Below are positions 15,691 through 27,963 of a stretch of DNA of 64,000 nt, piece after piece. Position 1 is the stretch's first letter. Every line of letters starts with the position of its first letter. The DNA is from Fistulifera solaris (Eukaryota). Location: positions 186,001 through 250,000 of the forward strand of contig AP026136.1 of assembly GCA_030295235.1 (NCBI GenBank). Reading direction: 5' to 3'. The position numbers were made by a program, and so were the translations under genes. The notes beneath the pieces were generated by a model. That model searched no databases. It had not been told where the DNA came from and saw only the letters and a list, made by a program, of their open reading frames with translations.

Positions 15691-16141
15691 TGTAATCAGT
15701 TCTATAATACTACGTCGTGGCACCTCGTGCCTGTTCGTTCTATCAAATAATCAAATGGCTTGTGCTCACGGTGCTTCGGTTGTCTTGTATCTTCTAAGGT
15801 GTCACGATCGCACACGCGAGAAGCGTTTGTTTTGAGAATAAACGCAATAAAAGCGCCACCGTGATGGCTGGACCTGCCCGCCAGCCGTTTGAATGCCTGA
15901 AGATGCACTATCAGCAAAGCAGTAGGCGCCCTTTATCCACAATGCAGTGCCGATGCGATTGAATAGCCACTGACACTGACGGGATCGTGAATGTAGAACG
16001 AATGCATTCGAACCAAAAAGCTCGAGCCGCAAAAATGCTTGAGCTCATTATAACACCAAAACCGGTTGAGTTATTTTGTATTCTCATTCATTTGAAAGAC
16101 CATAATTTCTTTTAGCTTTGATTACTGTCTCAAGAAAAATA

Positions 16142-16869
16142 ATGGTGGCGATTTCGAACAAACTCGCTTTGGGTGCTGGTAAGAAATTCAAAACAAGTAG
16201 TTGTGCTGCTTTCGTTTGTGTGCTCACAACAAGCTTTTCGCTTTGTCTCTTACCTTCTATCAGGTTGCTATTGGGGTACAGAGAAGTTCATTGTCAAGGA
16301 CTTTCAGAAGAAATTTCCAGGATCAGTAAAGGATGCGAAAGTTGGATTCATGTCTCCCGATCCAAATGCCATGGCGAACCCCTCCTACCGTCAGGTAAGT
16401 TCACGTTCACAAAATATCTTTCATCCTTCATTATCTTGTTCAAGCATACAAATCTCAACTTTGTTCCAAGGTATGCTCCGGAACCACGGGACACGTGGAA
16501 GTTTTGTGGGTGGAATTGAATGATCCATCGACGACATTCGAGCCCCTCATTCGTTTCTTTTTTCAATTCCACGATCCGACGACCAAAGATCGTCAAGGCA
16601 ACGATACGGGGTCGCAGTACGGATCGGCCATTTTCTGTGAAGATGACGCACAAAAGGCCATTGCACAAAAGGTCAAAGCGGAAGTACAGCAGTTGTTGGA
16701 TGCGGGAAAAATCAACAGCTATGCCAAGAAGCAAGTCGAAACGATTGTTGTGGATATGAATCCGTTTTATCCGGCACATGAAGAGCATCAGCAGTATTTG
16801 GAAAAGAATCCTTCGGGATACTGCAATCATTATTATCGATTCAAGGAGTGGCCAATTGCTTTGAATTGA
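16142..16869 (+). CDS. msrA: Peptide methionine sulfoxide reductase A
   Basis: GAG|CYWGTE, SYRQ|VCSGTTGHVE, HDPTTKDRQGNDTGSQYGS, AHEEHQQYL, GYCNH; introns 16179-16263 and 16395-16470. Confidence 0.96.
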
Positions 16870-17021
16870 AATGATATCCAACGTGATCAGCGAAACCAAG
16901 GGTGTTGCATCGTAATGTAATTGTTAAACATGGACCAGACTAGTGAAAAATCATAGCAAGATTATATTTAAATGATACAAAGTAAATTTCACAGGGAAAA
17001 AGTTTGGTGTGGCGTGTTGGC

Positions 17022-18383
17022 TTAGCAGATCCCGGGCTTGTTCAGCAATTGCGTACTAAGTGACTGAAACTGTGTTCCATCGTCAGCAAAACACACAGAA
17101 AGAACTGTATAGGCTACTGCGGTCAATGCTGTCACTTTTAACGTGAAGACCACTATCAAGAACGGAAGTCTCAACAGGAACCAAAACAAAACGATTGTTG
17201 ATTGCTTCCACATTTCTAGAAAAAGTAATGGCAATGAGGTTCGTTGCATGGTGATCGGCTCTTCAGCATCTTCTAGCGTCAATTCTACCAGGTCGTCTTT
17301 CTTTGAGTTGATACTATTCTCCGTTTCGGCGGTAGCGTCATCTTCTGACAGTAAGAGCAGAGTCGCATCGGAAGACGTGACAAGATTGCTTACGTTACAT
17401 GTATCGGCTTCCTTCGACAAATCCAGAAATGGAGACATACTGCTTGGCGGTGCAAGTCCTTGCACTTCCTTTATTCGGCTCGATACAGTGATGGCGTGTG
17501 TCCTCTGTACATCTGATATGGTGTTTTCATCTTTCATAATAGCAGATCGCTTAACTCCGATTGCGTCCTCTGCTGATAAGTGATCGGCTAAAGCAACAGA
17601 ATCGTTCCTCTCAACCCTAGTTTTTCCTCCGTCGCTTTCACTGTAGTCCGTGTAATAAAGAGGTGATGTTGGCACTTCAGTGATTCGGTAAGGTATCTTC
17701 CGAGGGTCTTCCATTCGTGGAACTTTATCGTCAAATTCGTCGGACTGTGCTATCGTAAACAGCCTGCCCTCATCCTTTTCTGTGGAGATCGAAGTACTTG
17801 TCGCGTCAGAGCGAATGAAAGAAGTCTTGTCAACTCTGTCTTCTTTTCCTGTTTCACTGACATGAAAGCCTTCAACGCCTATTTCCTGTACCGTTAGAAA
17901 GATCGAAGTATTTATATTTTGTGGTGAATGAATGAATTTGTCTTGTTTGCGGGTAATGACGAATGGTTTGAATCCGCTGTTCTCTGTTGCAGGAATAGCA
18001 TCTGGCGGGATAGAATCTGTGTTTGAGCTTTTCTCAAGGCGATTTTCGTCTCCTTTATGGTCATCAGAGCAAGAGAACTTGACTTTTCTTTGTTTTAACC
18101 TTTGATACGACAATCTTCTAGGCGTAATCTCTTCACTCGGTTGACCAACGACCGCTTGTTTCTTAACGCTGCGTCGTCGAATAAAGCTATCTTTCGCGGC
18201 TCGAATTTCGGAAGTTCGGCTAAAATCATCGAGACATGGTCTGTACGGTTTCGAGTCGCATCTGTCCCCCGAAAGCACCAACTCGCTGATGAATGTATTG
18301 TTGCGGTTCATTAGAAGCGAATCAACATCCGATTTGTCTTTAAACGGTTGAATTGTGCTGCAATGAAATAATACGACCTGCAT
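17022..18383 (-). CDS. Hypothetical protein with C-terminal membrane anchor ending NKPGIC
   Basis: Intact 453-aa ORF; disordered body, hydrophobic C-terminal segment and a short polar tail. Confidence 0.75.
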   Translation of the reverse strand: MQVVLFHCSTIQPFKDKSDVDSLLMNRNNTFISELVLSGDRCDSKPYRPCLDDFSRTSEIRAAKDSFIRRRSVKKQAVVGQPSEEITPRRLSYQRLKQRKVKFSCSDDHKGDENRLEKSSNTDSIPPDAIPATENSGFKPFVITRKQDKFIHSPQNINTSIFLTVQEIGVEGFHVSETGKEDRVDKTSFIRSDATSTSISTEKDEGRLFTIAQSDEFDDKVPRMEDPRKIPYRITEVPTSPLYYTDYSESDGGKTRVERNDSVALADHLSAEDAIGVKRSAIMKDENTISDVQRTHAITVSSRIKEVQGLAPPSSMSPFLDLSKEADTCNVSNLVTSSDATLLLLSEDDATAETENSINSKKDDLVELTLEDAEEPITMQRTSLPLLFLEMWKQSTIVLFWFLLRLPFLIVVFTLKVTALTAVAYTVLSVCFADDGTQFQSLSTQLLNKPGIC

Positions 18384-18430
18384 GACGGTTTCGAAATTCG
18401 AACTGCTGCCCCAAAATCGACAACAACCGA

Positions 18431-18490
18431 TTCAAACCGTTGACCGTTAAAGTTTTACTAGTGTATTAGATTTTCCGTTATAGAGCCGTT
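18431..18490 (-). promoter_or_regulatory. Four MSA/MYB cores (AACGG) abutting a CHR-like TTTGAA
   Basis: CCGTT on + at 18437, 18444, 18475 and 18486; TTCAAA at 18431-18436; 50-110 bp upstream of the ATG at 18383. Confidence 0.55.
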
Positions 18491-18712
18491 AATGTATTGT
18501 CTCTTTCACACTTTACCTGGTTCTAGGGCTGTCGTCGATCATCCAAGAGGTTGAATCAAGAATCCTGTTAACGTTGGCTAAATAATTACAGTCTAGCCAG
18601 GCCATAAAGCAAGGACACAATATCATACGATAGAAGAATTAATAATAAATTATCTCTGATTATAGAGGTCAATGCGGTTATTTGTTCCGATCAGCAACCC
18701 ACACTCCTTTTG

Positions 18713-20763
18713 TTACATCAAACCAGGTCGACTGTACATCTCGCTATAGAGTCTTCCTATCTCGATGTCTCCATAATACATCCATATCGTTGCTAATAGG
18801 ACGATCGTGACCGATGAAACAGTTGTAGCCAATAGGATTCGTACGGGAAGTCCAATGAAGATAGTCCACAAGATTGTCTTGATCACGTCAAAAACATGCC
18901 TACAAAGAGTAACACAATATTCGCTTCTTCGGGAGGCGGCAATGGTGAAGTTTTCTTCTTTTCAATATTTTTGTTTTCCTTCTGTGGTTCAACCGTTATT
19001 GCATCTGTATTGACGCCGACATCTCGACCAAGGGCTTTCGAAGCTACTACGGGTGGAGGTAATGTGGGTTCAGTTGCTCCACTGGCCATTTGTTGCGACG
19101 CAAAGATCATCGTGGCAATCGCTGTGCAATAGTGTTCTCGAACCGTTCGGGCGGTGAGGTATATGGAGTCCAAGTCGTATTCCCTTTCATTTGCTTCCCT
19201 GTCAATATACAAGATATTCCCTAACGGTTCATCTTCCGCATTCTTGTACTCAATCCAATCCGATCCATCCGCTAGCTGATGACGGACGTTATCTTCTCCG
19301 TAGAGCGCCAACAGCGACGAATCGGCATTGATGCGAGCCACCACTTCCAGTGTCGAAGCTTTCATAGCATCGGCCGACATTTCGTACAACTTGGAGGTTT
19401 GCTGACCGGCACCGAACCACAATTCTCGTTCCGACGCCACTCCGTAGGGCCGGCGCACAATGAAGGTAGCCTTGTCGGATTCATACTCGTGCACCGTGTC
19501 TTTGGTGGCACGAATCAATGCGTCACGATCCGGGGCAAGCAATTGGTCTTGCTTGTTGCGCTTGGGATGGGGCGTCGGAACGTGACGTCTACGGGGTGAC
19601 ATGAGCAGGGGAGACGATATTTTCGGCGATAAGAATCCAATGGTCGGCCTACCCGACACTTGACCCCGGGCCAACTTGACCGCTGCCGCATCCCCTTCCC
19701 GATCCGCCATGCGCACAATGTCCTCCATACTCGGTGCTGTTCGACGTTGCAACTGCTTTACTTCATCTTGCAATTTCGCCACCTGTTTGAGAGCATCTGC
19801 TCTCTCATTCTCAGCGCGAATCAGTTCCTTTTGCATTCTTAGTTCGGGTGTTTGGGAGGTCGCCGAGTCCGTCGTCAAGGACTTGGCCACTTCTTTCATG
19901 TTTCGCAAAATCTCCATGCGATTTGCACTCGCCATAGACTTGGGTGGCTGATTTTCTTGCAGCATGTCGGGTGGTGACGGAGCGGATGTTTCCGGGGTGT
20001 CGGCCTGCGTTTCGAATGGAAACGGTGTCGCCCCGGCCTTGGTAGTAAATACTTGCTCGATAGGTGTCTCTGCGTGCTTATCCGGAAATGGCGTAGCCCC
20101 AGCGAATCGGGTATTGCCCCCGTTGACTTTACTGACATGCGGGGTTCCTTTGTTCTGGGGAAAGCTTTTTAAAGGCAGGGGTCGCTACCGGTGCCGGCGG
20201 CTCCTCGCTGAACGAGACAGCGCTCATTTTCGCCGGCGAAATGGGCAAGCTCGCTGGAGGCTGTGGAATAGGACGTGATTCCTGCGGCGCAAAGGAAACC
20301 GACGGTGTTCCTTCGGCCGGTTTATTCAACATGGGCGGGGGTGGTGGCGGCGGAGGGCGCACGGGAGGAGGCACTGCGTGACCGACTCGAAGGGTTTTCA
20401 CCCGAAAAGAAGCATCCAATCGACGCGCTAGCGTTTCTGCCTTCGGTGGAGGTCCTTCGGGGATGGTAGCCGCGGGCTGAAGTTTTTGTCGCTTTTGGGG
20501 GCGGTAGGAAAAAGATCACTATGACGGACTTCCAAACGCCCCCGCGACGGAAGTTGCGGAACGGCAAGCTGAGACCGAGCCATATTCAGGACCGAGCTTT
20601 GTTCACGCTGTTGTTGCAACAATCGAATTTGTTCTCGGCGGTAAGCAATGGCTTCATCGACCTGATTGTCGGTTGCATTACTGTCTTGCTTTGGCGTGCC
20701 TCCGGCTCGCAGTTTTTTCAGAGGCTGAGACATGGGGTGTCCTGGTGAAACCGCTGTTTGCAT
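18713..20763 (-). CDS. Hypothetical Pro-rich/coiled-coil protein with C-terminal membrane anchor ending SRPGLM
   Basis: Overlapping ORFs (from MQTAVSPG at 20763, poly-Pro segment, 18883-19965). Restoring one T in the run near 18890 extends the frame through ILWTIFIGLPVRILL…MYSRPGLM* to 18713. Confidence 0.7.
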
Positions 20764-21191
20764 GATTTCAGATCCTGAGGACAGTAAGCTATAGAAGAGA
20801 AAGAAGAGACAAAAAGATTCGATGTATTGCACAGGGTGAGAAGGAAGGTAATTGTTGCTAGCTCCTACTATACCCCTACAAAAAACATGAAGCACGCGAC
20901 CGTACTTGACTTTTGTGCCTCTTTCGCGGTGTGCTCGGTGCTCGCATCTCGCATTGGATTCCGCTCCTTTTCACAAAAAGACCAGTGTGAAAATGATGCG
21001 CACAATAAGAGCGCGCGAGAGGAGTTGTTTCATTCATTGAGTGAACCATGTAACGAACGTATCGCATCGTTACCAATTACCAAGGCGTGTATTTTACGGA
21101 GCTATGACAAACATTGAAAGATCAAACACAATGAAATAAGAAACGGCTGGGCTATCGTCTGTGCTTTGTATTGCAATAATAGATCATAAAA

Positions 21192-24100
21192 ATGGATTAC
21201 TCTCTTTCGAACGAAAACGAAACGCAAGAAATGACGACTAACGATCAACCAGAAGTGTGGCTCGAAGCGACCCCGAGTGATCAAGCCTGGATGGAGAAAT
21301 TTGGGAGGCTCGTCCTTTTCCGAGAGGCCCACGGACATTGCAATGTTCCGAAAAGTTCCGAAGACAAAGAACTGGGAACATGGGTCGCGAATCAAAAATC
21401 CTTTCATCGAGCCGGAACGTTGCGGAAAGACCGCGAGAAGCTGTTAAACGAGATCGATTTCAGTTGGACTGCGCGCGCCAGACAGGATTACTCATCCAGT
21501 TTGACAATGCAATGGATGGAACGCTACAATCAACTCGTCGCCTTTAAAGCGAAGCATGGACATTTCCAGGTCACGAAAAATGACATTTCTTTGAAAAATT
21601 GGGTAAGTGCTCAGCGATTGTCATATAGGTCGGGCACATTGCATCAAGAACGAAAGGACTTGCTCGACCAAATCGGCTTCGTGTGGAATGCACGGAATGG
21701 ACGCCAGAAATCTGTGGCGCCGGCGCCTAAATTGGACTTGGCTTCTGTGCAAAACAATGAAGAGTCGTGGAATCAAATGTTTGCGCGATTGAAGGAATTT
21801 TACGAGCAACACGGTCACACCGATGTTCAAGCGAACTCGGATGACTTGGAACTCTTGCAATGGGTGTCATTGCAACAAAATTCTACACAAACTGGGACAT
21901 TTGAATGAAAAGTACAAAAAGGCCCTTCTCGAGATCGGATTGTCGTGGAAGCCGCAAATACTACAGGATAATGCCACCGAGAATGATCGCCAAATGTCGC
22001 CTACCCTAGAGGACGAACTATGGATGTCCCAATTTCGACTCCTACGTGAGTTTCGGCAGCAACATGGGCACACGAACGTACCGCGTACGGGTGAAACCAG
22101 TACGTTAGCTCAATGGTGGTTTGTTCAGCAGCGTCTTTTGGAGAGAGGTCGACTGTCGGAAGACAAGAAAAAGCAGTTGGCGGATCTCTTAGGAGCCGAG
22201 TCGTCGATGAAGACTACAGCGCTTAACTCAAGCAGTACATCGCGTGAACCGCAAGTCGCGTCAGTAAATGAAGGTTTGACGTCGGCGCCAGTATCCAGTC
22301 ATGCACAAGCTTCGTCAATGACAGCGGTAATAATGGGAGCAGTAGCAGAAGCAGATCCTATCAAATCAGTATTTGTAGAATCATCACCGGGATCAGTATC
22401 CAGCCATGCACAACTTTCTCCAAGGGCAGCGGCTTCGATGGAGATAGAACAAGCTCGTGGTCATGATATGGTTTCCTGCGCTGGAGACACGGGTAAGAAT
22501 TTTCCAAATGCAACAGCAACGATCAATACAGCAGACAGTTCCTCGGAAGGTCCTGTTGTTCAGCTTGCAGACCACGCTTCAAAGTCACGATGGATTGCAA
22601 ATGCGACAGCGGTAGAAGCCTCGTCGGAAGCGATGCAATCTTCCAACGTCGACAGCGACGCGCCGAGAATTATCCAAAAGTTCGCCATCGGCACGCGGAT
22701 AGAAAAGGTATTTGACGTAGACGGAGTGTTGCAGGTGTTTGGTGGAAATGTGTATTCGTTTGAACAGTTTGAAGAGGAAGACGGTACTCACACGTGGGGG
22801 TATATGATCCATTATGATGATGGCGATAAAGAGCATATGCTGGAAACGGATGTAGAAAAGAATCTGGTTGTCATAAAGAAACAAAAACGGGCAACGAAAA
22901 GTCATCAAAATCCAAAGTCGTCGAAGCGAGCGAAACGAACGAGTCCGTCTAGTAATGATGCGAATTCTGCGCCATCTGCGGAGACAACAACTCCATCTAC
23001 CACGAACGTTGCCATGGCTTCTGTTGTCCAGGACGCAGGAACAAGCAGCGTTACTACTTCCACGGGAACTTTAAAAGATCCTTCAAAGTCTAGTCCAAGT
23101 CTGGAAACAAAGAAGGCATCTAAAGAAAAAGAGACTGGATGGGTTCCTCGTGTGAAGGACGCAAGACTGTTGCGGCAATCTGGGGAAGGCACAAAGGAAT
23201 CACTAGTCGTAACCGTCGGTAAAGAGACTGTATTAGCGAATACGAAACCGATGAATGATTTAGAAAACGATAGCTCATCTTCAGAAGATGAGCCTTTGCA
23301 CTGCTGGTACGTAAACAAGCTCGGACGGGTGGAAAACAAGACAACCAAGACAATCGAAGCGATGGCGTTGATCTGGAGCAAATGTATTTGCCAGATAGTC
23401 CTGAAGTCCAGACGGACCTAACGTCCACCAACCAAGCAAAAGATATGCAACACGAGCTTGCTGACAAGGATCAGCAGTTACAATTACCGGTAGGCCAGCA
23501 AAATCATAGCGTCTCAAAGCATGTAATTCATGAGAAAGTGATACAACACGAGCTTGCTGACAAGGATCAGCAGTTACGATTACAGGTGAGCCAGCAAAAT
23601 CAAAGCGCAGCAAAGAATGCGAATCAAGAGAAAGAGATACAACACGAGTTTGTTAAAAAGGATCAGCAGTTACGATTGCAGGTGAGCCAGCAAAATCAAA
23701 GCGCAGCAAAGAATGCGAATCAAGAGAAAGAGATACAACACGAGTTTGTTGACAAGGATCAGCAGTTACAATTACCGGTAAGCCAGCTACAACAAAGTGT
23801 CGCAAAGAATGCGAGTCGAGAGAAAGTGATACAACACGAGCTTGCGGACAAGGATCAGCAGTTACGATTGTCGGTGAGCCAGCAAAATCAATGTGTCGCA
23901 AAGAACGCGAATAAAGCGAACCGGTACGAGATAGTGGATCTTGTCGATGATGATGATGATGAGGAGGAGGAGGAGTCAAAGCAGTCAACGATAGCTAATT
24001 CACGGCAAACCTCAAATGAGACGGTGAACCCTACTCAGAAGTTTCCAAAGGGTACGACAATTTCAAGAAAGTTTTTTGATCTGAGTGACAACGAACAAGA

Positions 24101-24246
24101 AAAAGTCATATGGGGGTAAAGTTATTGACTTTGTTTTCCTAGCGCAGGAGAAGAACTGGTATTACTTCATCCAGTACGACGATGGTGATACAGAGTTTAT
24201 GGACGAATGGGAAGTAGCCAAATTCTCGGCGTCGATGCGAAGATAA
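21192..24246 (+). CDS. Helicase-associated (HA, PF03457-type) repeat protein with two Tudor-like domains and an internal 32-aa repeat
   Basis: Four W…F..L..F…HGH..VP…L..WV..Q repeats; YMIHYDDGDKEHM and YFIQYDDGDTEFM Tudor-like motifs; frameshifts near 21900, 23297 and 24112. Confidence 0.85.
23448..23915 (+). repeat. Coding minisatellite, 96-bp unit, about 5 copies
   Basis: Units start CAACACGAG at 23448, 23544, 23640, 23736 and 23832; peptide QHELADKDQQLRLQVSQQNQSAAKNANQEKEI. Confidence 0.95.
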
Positions 24247-25126
24247 GAAGCGATTGAATCGTTCTTCCGTTCGGTCAAATGCAGTGGATGAGGAGCGATT
24301 GACAGTTTGAGCTTGCACTTCAGGAAAGTGGTGTGACGTCAAGTTGCTATGGTCTATGGTCCTGTACACCGCTGTAGAAATCACACAGGATCAAAGCTCC
24401 GAAAGCAAGAAGTTATTTAGCAGTACGGCTGACCTTTGATTGGTAATAAAGATCCCTTTTCATTTTACTATAACAATAACGTTGACTTTTGACGGGACTG
24501 AAATCAAGCGGAGTCGAATTACCACCTAAATGGTGTCTCTAGAGTGTGCAGAAAGTAAGACAGTAGATGGTAGTGATTGATCGCACCGTCACCGACTGCC
24601 CCTGTCCTCCACCTATCCTTATTATGGCCCTGTATTCGGTGAGAGAATAATCGATTTGTGCGAATGAAAGGAGATGACGATGACATGGGTGCTTAAGAAC
24701 CGCACGAAAAATAATGAGAAAAGGTGCGATTTTGTTCTGAAAATCTGTTCCCTGGACGGCAGATTAAAGGATGTCCATGTCCGTCGATGATGCTTGAAGC
24801 GTCCATTCCGACGCTCAACAAGTTAAAAATGGGACAAGAACATACGAAAAAAGCGCCCGTAAATCGGATCGGACGCGCGACGCTTCCGGACCCCTTAGTT
24901 TTGGCGGGATAGTCGCGCGAAGCCGCGCGATTTGTGGGATCGACAAAAATCTTCGGCGTGGGGCGAGAATTGGCGCCAAACGAAAAGAAATGACACCAAA
25001 TACCAGAATGAGGTTTGTTTTTTTGTCAATGTAATTTTTGTGCAAACATTATTGAAGCAAACGACCTGCCAAAACCTCTCCTTGAACGATATAAAAGAAA
25101 CAGAAGTACGGAATATAACTAGAGCG

Positions 25127-26641
25127 ATGAACGCGGAAAGAGGATTATCAAATACGCGAGTCGACCCGGATGAGGCATGGATGGAAAAACATCGGCGGCT
25201 CGAGGTTTACAAACAGGTACACGGTCATTGCCGAGTTCCGAAGACGTACGAGGATCACTCTCTAGCTTACTGGGTTAAAAAGCAGCGATCGGTGCAACGA
25301 GCGGGCACTTTGCGGGACGATCGCGAGCGTTTACTGAACATTTTGGGTTTCACTTGGAGCCAGCCACGCACGGCGATCTCAGAACTTCAAGCTTGGATTG
25401 AGAAATACAATCAACTAATTGTGTACAAACAGAAAAGCGGACATTTCGATGTTTCTTTTGCGGAGGACAGTAATTTGAGTGCATGGGTTAACACCCAACG
25501 CGAGCTGTACAGGTCCGGGGTATTGCAGAAAGAGCGTCAGGAACTGTTGGAAAAGATTGGATTTGCTTTTTGTGGGAACGTAAGTTCCCAGCAAGGTGAT
25601 ACGGATGCAGCGGTCCTTGCAGATGACGAAAATGAACGAGCATGGAATCAAATGTTTGATCGATTACATGTATTTTTCCTTCAGCATGGACATACAGATG
25701 TAGCATCAAGTGGAGAAAACCAGGATCTTGCAGGATGGGTCTCCTTACAACGAAGTTTGCACAAAGAAGGACGTCTCAATGACAAGCAGGTTGATGCTCT
25801 TACTGAGATGAACTTCTCGTGGGATGCTGCAGCCCAACTAGCGATGGACGACCAGCAAGTGCCCAAGACCGAGGAAGAAGTGTGGATGTCACACTTTGGA
25901 TTACTCTGCGATTTCAAAAGGCAGCATGGGCACATGCTTGTTCCGCAAAGCGGCGAAACAAGTGCATTAGCCCAGTGGCTATTCGCACAACAACGACTTC
26001 TTTACAGCAGTATGTTGCCGGGGGACAAGATGAAACTGCTGGCCGGCGCCTGGATTACGGAATCGTTCGAGATGGTAGCGGCCACTTTGGCTACTAAGCC
26101 GAGTGATGTACCGAGTGTAAAATGCGATGAAAATGCCGTTGTAGGCATCGCTAATCTGTCATCGAGTAATAATGTGTCGTACGCCGCTGCATCCACGAAT
26201 TTATCCGCGGCTAATGTAACAGCAGGAAGTCACTCGTCGGAAGCGACACTGCGTCCAAAGATTGAGAAGGAGACACCGGTGGTCGGTCAAAAGTTCGTCA
26301 TCGGTACACGGATCGAAAAGCTCTTCAAAGCAAATCGAGGTTTGCAGGTTTTTGGTGGCACGGTCATTGCCTTTGAGGAGTACGAAGAAAAAGACGGCAC
26401 AGCCGCCTGGGCCTACTTGATTCTCTACGACGATGGTGACCAAGAGCACATGCTTGAGGCAGACGTGGCAAAGCATCTCGCTGGCTCAAAACGGAAGAAG
26501 CGTTTGGTGAGAAATCCGTCTAAACCCAGGTCACCCAAACGACCAAAACAGTCGAAAGGGGTGGTTCCGATGAAGCGCGACGTCTTCCGAGCCCCGTCAG
26601 GAGCACTCCATGCTATGGGAAATCTGTCGTGGACGTCGTAG
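25127..26641 (+). CDS. HA-repeat protein with Tudor-like domain (tandem paralog of 21192-24246)
   Basis: Four HA repeats colinear with the upstream gene (RAGTLR.DRE.LL; ETSALAQW vs ETSTLAQW) and FVIGTRIEK…YLILYDDGDQEHM. Confidence 0.87.
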   Translation: MNAERGLSNTRVDPDEAWMEKHRRLEVYKQVHGHCRVPKTYEDHSLAYWVKKQRSVQRAGTLRDDRERLLNILGFTWSQPRTAISELQAWIEKYNQLIVYKQKSGHFDVSFAEDSNLSAWVNTQRELYRSGVLQKERQELLEKIGFAFCGNVSSQQGDTDAAVLADDENERAWNQMFDRLHVFFLQHGHTDVASSGENQDLAGWVSLQRSLHKEGRLNDKQVDALTEMNFSWDAAAQLAMDDQQVPKTEEEVWMSHFGLLCDFKRQHGHMLVPQSGETSALAQWLFAQQRLLYSSMLPGDKMKLLAGAWITESFEMVAATLATKPSDVPSVKCDENAVVGIANLSSSNNVSYAAASTNLSAANVTAGSHSSEATLRPKIEKETPVVGQKFVIGTRIEKLFKANRGLQVFGGTVIAFEEYEEKDGTAAWAYLILYDDGDQEHMLEADVAKHLAGSKRKKRLVRNPSKPRSPKRPKQSKGVVPMKRDVFRAPSGALHAMGNLSWTS

Positions 26642-27184
26642 GAAACAAGATTCCTGAATGACAGCCCGCATTTCGCGCGTTCTTGATACAAAGCTACCAC
26701 GCACCTCAATTTACCACTCGTCAATCTGCAGGGAAGGGAAAAGCGTCGATCAAGTAGGCTAGCCAAGGTGGATTAGTAACAACAGATTCATTTTTTTCGT
26801 ATCCCGTAAAAAGGTTCAGACGGTTCTAAAGTATAGGCTAAAGAACAGAATAGGGTGTCCCCTAGTTCGTCGACAGTAGAATATCCTTGAGCTACGATGG
26901 GGTTTATCCGCTTGCTTTTACACCGTCGTTTCGTCAATAAAACGTAGTAATTGCTGTGCGTTCAAACTGCCCAAAACATGGTGTGAAAATCACGTACAGG
27001 CTACAACTTTCCAACTATACAACTTTTGGGGTCCTCCACCAACTTTCGACTCTAAACCCTAAACTGCCGGTCCTCGACGAAAATCCTGCGAGCGCTTCAA
27101 CAAAAAAAAAGATCTGCATGTATGGTAAAGGCTCGAAACGAGCCGTGTTCCTTTGTGTTCATTTCGAAAACAAGTCGAAAGCAG

Positions 27185-27963
27185 ATGACGTTGGTTTCTC
27201 GCAAAACAGTGTCGTGTGTTCATCTGCTGGTGCTTCTGTTGCTTGTCGGCCTTTGCCGTGGGTTCACTCCGAAAGCAACCACGACACGTTCTTTCCACCA
27301 TCATCTAGCCAAGGGTGACAGGGAATCACCCGAACTAACCAACAATCCCTTCACCAAAGCCTCGTGGTATGCTGTTGAAGCCTTTGGGAAAGTATTCGGA
27401 ACTCCCGTGAAAAATGTCGATGATTCGGAGCTTATGGTCATCGATCGTTCGAGGCCTCCATCGTCAATGGAAGAGACCATCCAACGACTGAAAGAAGACA
27501 ACGATCGACAATACTTCCTGTCGGGCACCATCGATGAACTGATTTACGATGAAGATTGCACATTTTCCGATCCCTTTGTATCCTTTCAAGGGAGAAAACG
27601 CTTTGTCGAAAACTTGCAAAATTTGGGATCGTTCATTACCCAGTACAGTGCCAAGCCGCTGGATTACACGCAAAATGACACGGACGGAACGACCGTGGTG
27701 CAAACCAAATTTATGGTAAAATTGCAACTGAATCTTCCTTGGAAACCCGTGTTGGCATGGCCCTGGGGCGTTGTTTGCACCATTGATCCGGAAACGAAAT
27801 TAATTACGAAGCATCAAGAAGTTTGGGATATTGCGCCTTGGGAAGTAAGTACTTATCATAGATGTGTGTTTTTGCTGTCTTGACAACCTAACTCTTCGTT
27901 TGATTGTGTTGTGCTTTATAGGGAGTCAAGCAAATTTTTCGAAAACCCACAACTTCCGTCTAA
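27185..27963 (+). CDS. SnoaL-like/DUF2358 NTF2-fold protein, predicted plastid-targeted
   Basis: Signal peptide then CRG-FTP; YFLSG, IYDEDCTFSDPFVSFQG, LNLPWKP, HQEVW; intron 27845-27921. Confidence 0.82.

Noticed and set aside
23448..23915. Regularly spaced repeats as a CRISPR array
   Set aside because: The whole 96-bp unit repeats with no unique spacers, it lies in frame inside a CDS, there are no cas genes, and the context is eukaryotic.
21192..26641. HA proteins as helicases or a mobile element
   Set aside because: No Walker A/DEAD motifs, transposase or terminal repeats seen.
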